Below, in pieces: positions 9,068 through 18,266 of a DNA stretch of 64,000 bases. The position numbers were made by a program, and so were the translations under genes. Below the pieces are notes generated by a model. That model saw only the letters and a program-made list of their open reading frames with translations, made no database searches and had not been told where the DNA came from. Location of the stretch: IMG/VR virus record IMGVR_UViG_3300037245_003487, positions 41,441-105,440 of that record; one strand, 5' to 3'. How positions within the stretch are numbered: position 1 is the first letter of the stretch; each line of letters starts with the position of its first letter. This stretch comes from a virus (Duplodnaviria > Heunggongvirae > Uroviricota > Caudoviricetes).

Positions 9068-9829
9068 CTAATCTACTCCTGGAATTTTACTTATCTTAGA
9101 GCTATTAGCATCAAGGATATGCGGACATCTCTTGATTAGATCTATAATATCATTATATGTAAAATCAATTCTATTAAAGTAATTAATTATTTTTTTAATA
9201 ACAATTAAATCTTCTGGATGATCTAAGACTAATCTAACTTCTGGCATAAAATCATCTGCAGATTTATTTCCAACCATTATTCCGAGATTGAATAAATTCT
9301 GCAATTCACCTAAGTTATTAATAATATTCCAACCGATATGCGTTCTGTGCTGTTCATTTTCAACAATTTTATTAACTGATAATAAAATATCAGCATCAAA
9401 TATTTGTATATCAGCACCATCAAAAAAGCTTCTTGTTAGAGTATTTGAATAAAAATTATATCCGTAACTATGAAATTCATCTAACATACTATCAATCATT
9501 TCTGGGCAAATTAACTGGCAATCGCTCGTCAAATCAATAATAGTATCATTATAAAAATTAAAATCATCAATCAATCCACATACCCTTTGCATTACATCAT
9601 TCTCGCTACCAATATAATAATGCCATCCATTTTGAATACAAAGCTCAACAAGCTCCTTGTCAGCTGGATTATCAGTTGTTGCAATAAAAATTTTATCAAT
9701 TTTCTTAGATAATCTCAATCGCTCTACCATAAATTCCAATGCTGTCATGTGGCCGAAAACTGTTTGCATGATCTTGCCAGGAAATCTCGTACTACCTAGT
9801 CTACATTGTATAATTGCTATATTACTCAT
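9068..9829 (-). CDS. acylneuraminate/pseudaminate cytidylyltransferase (NeuA/PseF/SpsF family)
   Basis: N-terminus IAIIQCRLGSTRFPGKI matches the CMP-sugar synthetase P-loop-like motif. Confidence 0.65.
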   Translation of the reverse strand: MSNIAIIQCRLGSTRFPGKIMQTVFGHMTALEFMVERLRLSKKIDKIFIATTDNPADKELVELCIQNGWHYYIGSENDVMQRVCGLIDDFNFYNDTIIDLTSDCQLICPEMIDSMLDEFHSYGYNFYSNTLTRSFFDGADIQIFDADILLSVNKIVENEQHRTHIGWNIINNLGELQNLFNLGIMVGNKSADDFMPEVRLVLDHPEDLIVIKKIINYFNRIDFTYNDIIDLIKRCPHILDANSSKISKIPGVD

Positions 9830-9879
9830 ATAATCCTCCTATTAATAAAATAAAAAGCCCAAATTAATGGGCTAATAAA

Positions 9880-10251
9880 TTAAAGTTCTTCTAATGCTTT
9901 TTTCAATTCTTCTTCAGACATATTTTCTAAAGATGCATCTTGTTTTTTTTCAATAATAGAAAGTATTTTCTCTTTCTTTTCTTTTTTTACAGTAATATCT
10001 CTTTTAATTTTATTCTCTTCTTTTTTAGTATTCAAAACATGAAGCACAATATCAAATTTTAATTTAATAACACCATCTTCTTTACTGATATCTTCAAGAA
10101 AATCTTCTTCATCCATAGATTTAATTTTTTTATTCAATCCTTTGGCAATTGAATTTAAATCCTTAAGTGTGAAATCCCACAAATCTTCTACTGTTAAATT
10201 TCCTCTTGAAGATGGAAATCTTAATTTCATTTTTGCTGCTTTTTCAAACAT
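9880..10251 (-). CDS. hypothetical Lys/Glu-rich protein
   Basis: 123-aa ORF, charged C-terminus. Confidence 0.35.
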   Translation of the reverse strand: MFEKAAKMKLRFPSSRGNLTVEDLWDFTLKDLNSIAKGLNKKIKSMDEEDFLEDISKEDGVIKLKFDIVLHVLNTKKEENKIKRDITVKKEKKEKILSIIEKKQDASLENMSEEELKKALEEL

Positions 10252-10261
10252 ACTTAACTCC

Positions 10262-12319
10262 TTATATTTTTATTTTTATTATTCTTTTAAAACTACCTTC
10301 AACTTTAACAATAACATTGTTTCTTTGAGTTGAAGAAAAACCTAATCCAGATAATTGATTATTAGATGGCTCTACTCTCATTTTACCACCTAGAGCCTCA
10401 AAAACTCTTTTATGAGGTATTAATTCATCCTTAAGGAACTCATTATAAAATCCCCTTGGCTGTCCATCGTTTTTACAGTCGTCTAAAAAGAAAAAGTAAT
10501 GCTTGTTACCAATTCCTTTTTGACCATCCCAGAAATTAGGACTAAACATCAAAGATGATACCTTAGTAAATTGATTAGTATTTACACCCCAAACCTCTCT
10601 TGATGAGGATGTTGAATCTAATTCATGCTCAATAGTGAATTCACCATTTTTTAAAGTAACCTCTGCTATTGTAATCCATTCATGATGATTGGTTTTAGGG
10701 TATTCATATTGAAAAAGATTGCCATTAAATTCTATCTCAGCCTTACCTCTGCCTCCGCTTACTCTATAATTCCAATTATGAATTTTACAAATATATTTAC
10801 CTTCTGGCATCTTAGCTAGCGATGGAAAGGTTATGTTTTCTACAGGAATGTAGCCTTTAGGTGCTTGGTTAACATAATCAACATCTTGAACTCCGCCAGA
10901 TTCATAATCTTTTCTATTATTCCACCCAACTCTTCTTCCGTCGCCATAAGTATTGTGTGTTTTACGGTTACTATGAGAGTTGCCAGGCATAAACACATGT
11001 AAATCCATCAAAGACTGATTGGGTTCTATTTCATTCCATGAATGAGTAAACCTAAACACGCCATCCACTCTTCCTCCAGCCGCCTTTACTTTTTCTCTTA
11101 AAGAATCAGTAACATTACCAACATATGAATGAGTAAAATTATTACTCCACTTCATCATACTCGGAGCATTATTATCTTTAGGAGCTATTAAACTCATTAA
11201 ATTAGACTGATGTCTTGACTCAACCATCAACTCAATATTACTTGCGCCTGGAGCTATCTTCTCTACGAAATCTTTAATACTAACCTCTTCAACTTTATCA
11301 AGTTTTCTAGGATTAATAACTACTTCATCTTTTAAATCATCAAATACCGATGAGTTGGTCTTTTTAGCAACACCGTTTTTCCATATAACATTATTTATAG
11401 TAATATCTTCTAATGTAGCATGTTTTCTACTTAAAGAATTTTCATAACCAAGATCTTTAATTGTTTTTTCAGCTTCTTCAACCATTTTTTTAGTAAAAAT
11501 AGCTTTAGGTCTTTTATAGTTAGTCGGAGCAACAACTGCCTCAAACTTTTTAACAGCTGTATTTAAATCCATATCTTCTGATAAATTTATTAATAACGTC
11601 CCAATAGCTGAATTTCTTATTCTAGAAACAGGACCTGTTGAATTTAGCCAACACCAATTATCTCTGTTTTTAACAGGTACTTTATCATATTTATTTTTTA
11701 ATTTAACAAATTCTTGGATAACATACATAAATTCATCGCCTTTATAAAGCGATCCTTGACTTATAAGATCAAGTATTGTTTCTGCAGCATCTAAAGTCAA
11801 CTCCTTCATCGCTCTTTCAAATACGTTCTTAGCATCCCTGTGCTTACCCTGAACACTACCTATGGAATCACTTATCACAAACTTATTTGGAAGTTTATAA
11901 TAAAAGTGTGACCAAGTTTTTACAGTACCATCTTCTAGTAATTGCTTATTATCATCTATTCCTTGATGATATTCATTAGATACAAATACATCTCTAATAG
12001 CTGCTGATTTAACAAGCTCTGACATTTTAGCAGCCACAATATTAAATGGAAACTCTAAATCTTCTGCGTCCCAAATAGAAACAAGCTTATTTCTTTTAAT
12101 AGATACTACATTTCCACATCTTCTAATAAATTGCTTACAAGCCACACAATCATATTCCCTTCGTTCTTTATGAACTTCATTTGTTCCTTCAGGAAAACTA
12201 TCTAAATAAGTATTCCAAAGATCTTCTTTTGTCACATCAGTTTTAAATAACCTATCTTCTTTTACCATGACAGTAAACTGATCACTCACTGGTTGTTTAA
12301 AACTTTTAAAATTACTCAT
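10262..12319 (-). CDS. large conserved protein of unknown function
   Basis: 685-aa uninterrupted ORF with own sigma70-like promoter and RBS; no motif recognised by eye. Confidence 0.5.
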   Translation of the reverse strand: MSNFKSFKQPVSDQFTVMVKEDRLFKTDVTKEDLWNTYLDSFPEGTNEVHKERREYDCVACKQFIRRCGNVVSIKRNKLVSIWDAEDLEFPFNIVAAKMSELVKSAAIRDVFVSNEYHQGIDDNKQLLEDGTVKTWSHFYYKLPNKFVISDSIGSVQGKHRDAKNVFERAMKELTLDAAETILDLISQGSLYKGDEFMYVIQEFVKLKNKYDKVPVKNRDNWCWLNSTGPVSRIRNSAIGTLLINLSEDMDLNTAVKKFEAVVAPTNYKRPKAIFTKKMVEEAEKTIKDLGYENSLSRKHATLEDITINNVIWKNGVAKKTNSSVFDDLKDEVVINPRKLDKVEEVSIKDFVEKIAPGASNIELMVESRHQSNLMSLIAPKDNNAPSMMKWSNNFTHSYVGNVTDSLREKVKAAGGRVDGVFRFTHSWNEIEPNQSLMDLHVFMPGNSHSNRKTHNTYGDGRRVGWNNRKDYESGGVQDVDYVNQAPKGYIPVENITFPSLAKMPEGKYICKIHNWNYRVSGGRGKAEIEFNGNLFQYEYPKTNHHEWITIAEVTLKNGEFTIEHELDSTSSSREVWGVNTNQFTKVSSLMFSPNFWDGQKGIGNKHYFFFLDDCKNDGQPRGFYNEFLKDELIPHKRVFEALGGKMRVEPSNNQLSGLGFSSTQRNNVIVKVEGSFKRIIKIKI

Positions 12320-12340
12320 ATATTCCTCCTTTGATAATGC

Positions 12341-12369
12341 AATATAATATAATAAAACATAAAAGTCAA
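12341..12369 (-). promoter_or_regulatory. sigma70-like promoter (TTGACT-N17-TATATT) for the 685-aa gene
   Basis: Minus-strand TTGACT, 17-nt spacer, TATATT, then AAGGAGG RBS and ATG at 12319. Confidence 0.45.
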
Positions 12370-12381
12370 ATTTATTTACAT

Positions 12382-12696
12382 TTATTTTACTCCTATATCT
12401 AAATCATCTTCTGTAAATTCACCTACATCAAATATATAAAGTTTATTTTTAGCAATTACTGCTAATGCATGTCTCATATTATTAACCCATGCCTCACCTA
12501 TCATAAACCCTACTCTTTCGGATTCATTTATCTTCTCTATAACACTTTCCTTATTCCAATCAGCTCCAAGTAAAATTGACCCAGTTATAAAATTATGAAT
12601 CATTTCACCTTCATATTGCTCAACACATTTTATAGCTTCATCTTTTTCAATAAGATACACACCCTCGCTTCCTTCTGGTATTACTTTAATTTTCAT
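12382..12696 (-). CDS. hypothetical protein
   Basis: 104-aa ORF. Confidence 0.35.
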   Translation of the reverse strand: MKIKVIPEGSEGVYLIEKDEAIKCVEQYEGEMIHNFITGSILLGADWNKESVIEKINESERVGFMIGEAWVNNMRHALAVIAKNKLYIFDVGEFTEDDLDIGVK

Positions 12697-12699
12697 ATT

Positions 12700-12981
12700 T
12701 TACTCCTTTACATGAATTCTAAATGCACCCAAGTACATTCTGTTAAAAGTTATAGAATCACTATTTTCATCCTGTTTACCAGAAATACCTCCATAACGAA
12801 CGTTGAAGCCACAGCTAAAATCCTTTCCTTCTACAGAAAAAAACATTGAATCTTGACCACTTGGCTTTAATGTCATATCGGTGATCTCGGTATCTATGAC
12901 TCCATATTCAAAATCCTGCATTTTACCACCAATCCACCTTTCCTTTTTCTTAACAAATTGTTCCCAAATTGATTCTCTCAT
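12700..12981 (-). CDS. hypothetical protein
   Basis: 93-aa ORF. Confidence 0.3.
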   Translation of the reverse strand: MRESIWEQFVKKKERWIGGKMQDFEYGVIDTEITDMTLKPSGQDSMFFSVEGKDFSCGFNVRYGGISGKQDENSDSITFNRMYLGAFRIHVKE

Positions 12982-13416
12982 TTAACACTCCTTTAAAATA
13001 TTTAATGTATATATATATTTTCTTATTCTCTCTAAGTCTCTTTGCTTTAAATTACTTGAATTTTTAATTCTATCAGGAAGTAAATTATGTCTTATATCCT
13101 GAATTTTAACGCACACAGCTATAGCGCTAGACATAACCCTTTTGATATAAACATCATAATTTTCACCCTTTCTTTTAGTCAAACAATCAATCGCAAATAT
13201 AACCGACTCACTTAATCCTAATTTTTCTTTTAAATAATCTAATGTAATATCAGTGTCTTCAACTACATCATGCAACACGCCAGCTATTTTATCATTATAA
13301 TCATCCAGATGCATCATAACCCATAATGGATGCAATATATATGGCTCACCTTGCAAATCCACTTGTCCTTTATGTGCATTAGATGCCAATACTATAGCAT
13401 TTTCAAGTCTGTTCAT
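12982..13416 (-). CDS. HD-domain (p)ppGpp hydrolase (small alarmone hydrolase, SpoT/Mesh1-like)
   Basis: HKGQ...GEPYILHPL...AGVLHDVVEDT signature of the RelA/SpoT HD hydrolase domain. Confidence 0.65.
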   Translation of the reverse strand: MNRLENAIVLASNAHKGQVDLQGEPYILHPLWVMMHLDDYNDKIAGVLHDVVEDTDITLDYLKEKLGLSESVIFAIDCLTKRKGENYDVYIKRVMSSAIAVCVKIQDIRHNLLPDRIKNSSNLKQRDLERIRKYIYTLNILKEC

Positions 13417-13901
13417 ATTTCACCCTCCTTTGGCACATTGTACCTTCTATATAAAATTTCATCATCTAATTCATCGTAAGTAAAAATTCTCTCTATATCA
13501 TCGTAACTATCATATACTTGATTACTTGTGCCATCATAAAACTCGCCATCAATATAAGCTATGGCATGATCGTTAGTAGTTACAACACATCCTTCATTGC
13601 CATGATATGTTTCTATAATTTCTAAAAATAATATAGATAGATCTTCACAGTCGCCTGTCCCTAGTGTCACAGTTTCTTTCCAAGACTGCCAATACTCATC
13701 TAAACCATGAACATCCTTATCTGTTTTATACTCTATATTATCAAATATCCACTCTAAGTACCTGCGATATGGCTGCTTAAAATCAGATATCTGATTCATA
13801 TCCTTAATAAATTTATAATACTTAGGATTAACATATACATACTCTGAATTTTTACATGAAAACATTAATATAATAATACACAGTAAGTATATATTTTTCA
13901 A
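13413..13901 (-). CDS. lipoprotein, possible transglutaminase-like cysteine peptidase fold
   Basis: Signal peptide with lipobox LMFSC; GDCEDLSILF...HAIAYIDGEFYDGT (Cys/His/Asp spacing). Confidence 0.4.
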   Translation of the reverse strand: MKNIYLLCIIILMFSCKNSEYVYVNPKYYKFIKDMNQISDFKQPYRRYLEWIFDNIEYKTDKDVHGLDEYWQSWKETVTLGTGDCEDLSILFLEIIETYHGNEGCVVTTNDHAIAYIDGEFYDGTSNQVYDSYDDIERIFTYDELDDEILYRRYNVPKEGEI

Positions 13902-14938
13902 TATAATTCACCTCTACGAAATCTCCTTTCTGATACAGAATCCCTTTTAATAGCATTTAAAAATGGATTTATAGAGAAATAAGGATTATCGTATTTTCTG
14001 ATTGACCAATGCAAATGCGTACCTAATGTTTTGCCTGTATCCCCTACGAGCCCTATCAATGTTTTATAAGTTACTTTAGTAAATCCAATTTTACCATTAT
14101 ACATTGTTTTCAATGGCACTTTAATCTCTGCCAAATGACAATAATTAATTCTAAATGTTTCCATTTTACCTGTGACTTCATTTTTCCTATGACAACGTAT
14201 CACAACTGTATTACCAAATATCTTATGATTATTATAAATACTAATTACATACCCAATTGCTGGAGCATAAACTGCTTTATTTTTCTTATTTACAATATCA
14301 ATTCCAGTATGAAGCTGAGTGAATATTATAATATTTTCTTTAACCTTGACATTATAACATCTACCCCATTCTGGAATATTAAGTACCTGCTTCCAGCTTC
14401 CAGTATCCATACCAAGTCCAGTAAGGAATTCATTTATATCATCAGTTCTATTCAACCAAATTGTTCTGGAATCATATTCACTTGTAATTACAGTATTTGG
14501 ATCAGGCTTACTAAGATCTTTTGGATCTCTAATTGGAAACTTGATCCAGTCATATCTCATTATATAATTACTAATCCCATGTTTCTTAGTATATTCAGTT
14601 AAGTACATCTCATCATCAAGTTTATCAAAAATGTTATCATTAATATCCGTGTTAGTGTCACCAGCAAGTAATTCAATACCAGAGATAATATTTGCTAACT
14701 CAGCATTAACATATTTAACTTCATTTTTAAACTTACTTATAAGAGCTGTTTTAATAGCCAGTTCTTTTTCAAGTTGAGCTTTTTCCTTAGCTAATTTCTC
14801 AGCCTTAGATCGTTCTTGCTCTTCAATTGCTCTTGTTAATGCTAAATCTAACTTGATCTTATCCTGCTTATCTTCGTAAAAGTAAACAGCTAAACCAGCA
14901 ATCATAAATAAAAGCAAGAAAAAACTAATCAATTTCAT
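13898..14938 (-). CDS. M23 family metallopeptidase with N-terminal TM anchor and coiled coil
   Basis: HTGIDI ... GDTGKTLGTHLHWSI (HxxxD and HxH motifs of LytM/lysostaphin family). Confidence 0.7.
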   Translation of the reverse strand: MKLISFFLLLFMIAGLAVYFYEDKQDKIKLDLALTRAIEEQERSKAEKLAKEKAQLEKELAIKTALISKFKNEVKYVNAELANIISGIELLAGDTNTDINDNIFDKLDDEMYLTEYTKKHGISNYIMRYDWIKFPIRDPKDLSKPDPNTVITSEYDSRTIWLNRTDDINEFLTGLGMDTGSWKQVLNIPEWGRCYNVKVKENIIIFTQLHTGIDIVNKKNKAVYAPAIGYVISIYNNHKIFGNTVVIRCHRKNEVTGKMETFRINYCHLAEIKVPLKTMYNGKIGFTKVTYKTLIGLVGDTGKTLGTHLHWSIRKYDNPYFSINPFLNAIKRDSVSERRFRRGELY

Positions 14939-15306
14939 TACATCCCCCTAAAAATATTACTCATTATTTTGCCAAGCTTCTCAGCTCTTTCTTTTTGAAA
15001 TACAATACTTTCTAAACGCAACTCTTCTTTTTTGATTCTTCTTTTTTCTTGTTGTTCAGAGGAGTGATATCTTATTCGAGCTTTTTTATTTCTAAGCAAT
15101 CTGCCTTTCTCTATTTTTTCATTCTCTTCATCAATTAAGGCTTGATTACTAGCACGAATTTCATTATTAGTATCGCCACAACATTCACATATAGCATTAG
15201 TACATTGATTGAATTGTGTAAATGGAACACAGCAATCTTCGCACACTGGCTCTTCACAAGATTCGCATTTCCAATCAGTTTTCTTTCCACAAACATGACA
15301 TTTCAT
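14938..15306 (-). CDS. Cys-rich zinc-finger protein with basic C-terminus
   Basis: CHVCGKKTDWKCESCEEPVCEDCC... then Lys/Arg-rich tail. Confidence 0.35.
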   Translation of the reverse strand: MKCHVCGKKTDWKCESCEEPVCEDCCVPFTQFNQCTNAICECCGDTNNEIRASNQALIDEENEKIEKGRLLRNKKARIRYHSSEQQEKRRIKKEELRLESIVFQKERAEKLGKIMSNIFRGM

Positions 15307-15324
15307 AATTATCTCCTAAAAATA

Positions 15325-15543
15325 TTATAAGTTATTTTGCTTAATGACTATTTTAGTATTTTCAATAAAATAAGAATATTCATGGCTATAATCATTAAAT
15401 TGTTGAGTTAAATACTCTAACTCACTTATTTTAGATAATGCTTTTTTTAAAAGTATTAGCAATTGTTTGTTTTTACCCTCAAGACATTCTATTATGTTTT
15501 CTCCAAACTGAGAGCATTTATTCTTACAAATATAACATTCCAT
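15325..15543 (-). CDS. hypothetical small Cys-containing protein
   Basis: 72-aa ORF, RBS AAAGGAAA upstream. Confidence 0.3.
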   Translation of the reverse strand: MECYICKNKCSQFGENIIECLEGKNKQLLILLKKALSKISELEYLTQQFNDYSHEYSYFIENTKIVIKQNNL

Positions 15544-15636
15544 AATTATTTCCTTTAAGTTGTATTTTTTAACTATTCTTAACAGAGGATAACATAATTT
15601 TTTTATAAGTAAAGTTTATTTACAATTAAATTACCA

Positions 15637-15673
15637 GTTCCAATACAAGAATTCTTTTAAGTTATATTATAAC
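15637..15673. repeat. 37-bp direct repeat copy 1 (GTTCCAATACAAGAATTCTTTTAAGTTATATTATAAC)
   Basis: Perfect 37/37 identity with copy at 15713-15749, separated by 39 bp. Confidence 0.8.
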
Positions 15674-15712
15674 AGTTTTTTATTAATAAAATGATTTTGT
15701 TCTCCAGTGCTG

Positions 15713-15749
15713 TTCCAATACAAGAATTCTTTTAAGTTATATTATAACT
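15713..15749. repeat. 37-bp direct repeat copy 2
   Basis: Identical to 15637-15673; has a terminal 13-nt palindrome GTTATA-T-TATAAC. Confidence 0.8.
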
Positions 15750-15891
15750 TTTAGCTTTAAATTGATCCATAGCATAGTCATTAATTCATTTGCCAATTTA
15801 TAAGAAAAATAACTAAAATCCCGTATTCGCTTATACTTTTCATTTTTAATATCTTTATCTTTATCATTAATATATAATTGTATTTTTCTTG

Positions 15892-16287
15892 TTACCATAA
15901 ATTCTTTTCCTTTAATTCTTTAAGTAGTTGCTTAAAAGTTTTCTCAAGTGCTAAAAACTCATCAATATCACGTTTAACCAATACATTCTTAAGTGCATCG
16001 AGCTTTTCATATTCATCCTCACCATGCTTTTCCTTAAATGCTTTTATGTATTCATGCACGTTACCACTCAAATAACGATTGCAATAAATACATTGTGCGC
16101 TGACATTGAGTAAGTTGAACTTAATTGACTTAAACCTTCTGCTAAATAAATGACCACAATCCATTTTCCTTGGATCTCGTTCTACCTTATTGCAAGATAT
16201 ACATTGCCAGCGATCACGTTCACGAACATAATCACTCATCGCTTTAAGTGCCTTTTTCTCAGCACCTTTCTTTGTTAATTTACCCAT
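15892..16287 (-). CDS. NinG/Rap-like recombination endonuclease (tentative)
   Basis: CISCNKVERDPRKMDCGHLFSRR...CIYCN pattern resembles lambda NinG family. Confidence 0.35.
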   Translation of the reverse strand: MGKLTKKGAEKKALKAMSDYVRERDRWQCISCNKVERDPRKMDCGHLFSRRFKSIKFNLLNVSAQCIYCNRYLSGNVHEYIKAFKEKHGEDEYEKLDALKNVLVKRDIDEFLALEKTFKQLLKELKEKNLW

Positions 16288-16502
16288 TACTCATCCTTAA
16301 TTACTCTTTCAAATTTTCTATAAATTTTATAGTTCTTAATTATTTTCTCTAAATAATAAACATGATCTATATTATCAATATCTATTAATATAGAACTGAG
16401 TAATTCCTTTAGCTTACTCTTACTATCCTCTAACTCTTTTTCTTCATCAAATTCATATAAATAGCTATAATGTCCCATTATATCCTCAACTCCATAAACC
16501 AT
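16287..16502 (-). CDS. hypothetical protein
   Basis: 71-aa ORF. Confidence 0.3.
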   Translation of the reverse strand: MVYGVEDIMGHYSYLYEFDEEKELEDSKSKLKELLSSILIDIDNIDHVYYLEKIIKNYKIYRKFERVIKDE

Positions 16503-16786
16503 ACTTTAATATCATAGATTATTTGCAATAAAAATCTCATAACATCAAAATTCTTTTTTAATAATCTTCTTGCTAATTTTAATAATGATTTCCTGTATTT
16601 GTTTTTAAAATTTTCTATATAATCATTACAATTCTTTCCATACTTATAAGAGCTGCAAAAATTCCACCTCCTTTTAAAATTGCATTCCCAATAACTACTA
16701 ATCATTTGTTTATCTCTAACAAATAAGCAATTATAGCACTTATAGCACTTATAGCACTTTAATTCATTTTTCATTTCTCCTCCCAT
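16478..16786 (-). CDS. hypothetical Cys/Tyr/Lys-rich protein
   Basis: Contains 3x tandem 9-bp DNA repeat tatagcact (16731-16760) encoding CYKCYKCY. Confidence 0.3.
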   Translation of the reverse strand: MGGEMKNELKCYKCYKCYNCLFVRDKQMISSYWECNFKRRWNFCSSYKYGKNCNDYIENFKNKYRKSLLKLARRLLKKNFDVMRFLLQIIYDIKVWFMELRI

Positions 16787-16928
16787 AATAAATCATATAA
16801 ATAAAACAACACTAAATTACTACAATTAAATATCACTGTGAACCAAATAGGCTGTTTCACAAATACACATAAGGTAAATGTGAAGCCTATCATTATTACA
16901 CGCCATATAATACTTTTCCAAATTCTTC

Positions 16929-18257
16929 TCAAACTCTTAATATATCCTTTATTTCATTTTCATAATCAATACCTTGATATATTTTATCGCCATAAATACA
17001 TTTACCATCAATAACTACGACATGATTTATATTAAATCTATTATCTGTAGACTTAACTACTGCGAAGCCTTCTTGCCAGTCAGGGTTAGAAACCTTACCA
17101 GGGACTCTGTCATCAGTATGACATGTACACCCTATCTGAGTAACAGTTATTTGCTCATTAGTTCCCGTGAACGTCTTGGATAACCTTTCTATACTATGTC
17201 CATGAGCTTGAATCACAGATACATTAGTCCTTTCAAGTTCCTTCTTGATATTTACATATTCGCCATGAATGACTTTAAGTTTATTATTAATATAATATTC
17301 ACCACTTGGATAATCTTCAATAAAAGTAATTCCTAGATCATCCATTCCCAATAAATGATTCAATGAATAAGGAATATGATTAGTTCCATAAGGCTTAACT
17401 TGATACGCATAAAGCATATGCTCTTGAACAGCTTTATTTAGTCTTATCTCGTGGTTGCCATTTAAAAATATTATATCACCATCAAATATATTTCTTATTT
17501 TACTTAACAAATATCCTAATTCATTTATCGCTGGCTGCAAAGTGAAATAAAATTCCTTCTTTTTTTCATACTTACTAGCCTCTGTCATATCAAGCATATC
17601 GCCAAGTAAAATAACTTCATCAGGGTTAATATCCTCGATAATCTGTAGAATAACATCAATGCATTTCCTATCATGGAAAGGTATTAATTCTCCAGTCTGT
17701 TGGTTCTTTAAAAAACCTATTTGAGAATCAGCAAATATTAATGATGTTTTAATATTGCCTTTAAGTCTTAAACTATTCATCTTATTAAATGAATCAGCTC
17801 TTTTTTTAGGTAAGTTAAATCTAATTGGTTTAATTACTGGCAAGATCTGTTTGTCTGGATTACGCTTCACCATTTCAGCTTTAACTGACCAATTGCCAAG
17901 CCAACTTGATATCTTATGTTCTTTTATGATCCATTCTTTTTCGTTGATGCCAGCTCGTTTTTTAAGCTCCTCAAGCGATGTTATTTTAGTATCTGTAACA
18001 GTTACTTCTTTTTCATTATGCCTTTGTTCTGATTCTAACTTTGGTATTTCAATTTTTGGCATTTCTACATAAACGTCATTTTTTGGAAAAATATTCTCTC
18101 TATTATTCCAAATAGAATCAGTTTTCTGATCATGATAAAACCTTCTGCCGCAATCTTTACATTTTCTATCTAAAACCATATATCCTAATTTCTTGATAAA
18201 AACTTTACCTTTTGAATTACTACTATTACTTTCACATCTTGGACATTTTATACCCAT
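16929..18257 (-). CDS. calcineurin-like metallophosphoesterase with N-terminal zinc ribbon
   Basis: CPRCES...CKDCGRRF then MPP motifs ILLGDMLD, FLNGNHE, HGHSIE. Confidence 0.6.
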   Translation of the reverse strand: MGIKCPRCESNSSNSKGKVFIKKLGYMVLDRKCKDCGRRFYHDQKTDSIWNNRENIFPKNDVYVEMPKIEIPKLESEQRHNEKEVTVTDTKITSLEELKKRAGINEKEWIIKEHKISSWLGNWSVKAEMVKRNPDKQILPVIKPIRFNLPKKRADSFNKMNSLRLKGNIKTSLIFADSQIGFLKNQQTGELIPFHDRKCIDVILQIIEDINPDEVILLGDMLDMTEASKYEKKKEFYFTLQPAINELGYLLSKIRNIFDGDIIFLNGNHEIRLNKAVQEHMLYAYQVKPYGTNHIPYSLNHLLGMDDLGITFIEDYPSGEYYINNKLKVIHGEYVNIKKELERTNVSVIQAHGHSIERLSKTFTGTNEQITVTQIGCTCHTDDRVPGKVSNPDWQEGFAVVKSTDNRFNINHVVVIDGKCIYGDKIYQGIDYENEIKDILRV

Positions 18258-18266
18258 TACTTCTCC

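Noticed and set aside
15637-15749. Calling the 37-bp repeat pair a definite CRISPR array
   Set aside because: Only two repeats and one spacer, and no cas genes in the window. Kept as a repeat with a CRISPR-like hypothesis rather than a CRISPR feature.
16731-16760. 3x tandem 9-bp repeat tatagcact
   Set aside because: Lies inside a small Cys/Tyr/Lys-rich ORF and simply encodes CYKCYKCY. No evidence of independent function.
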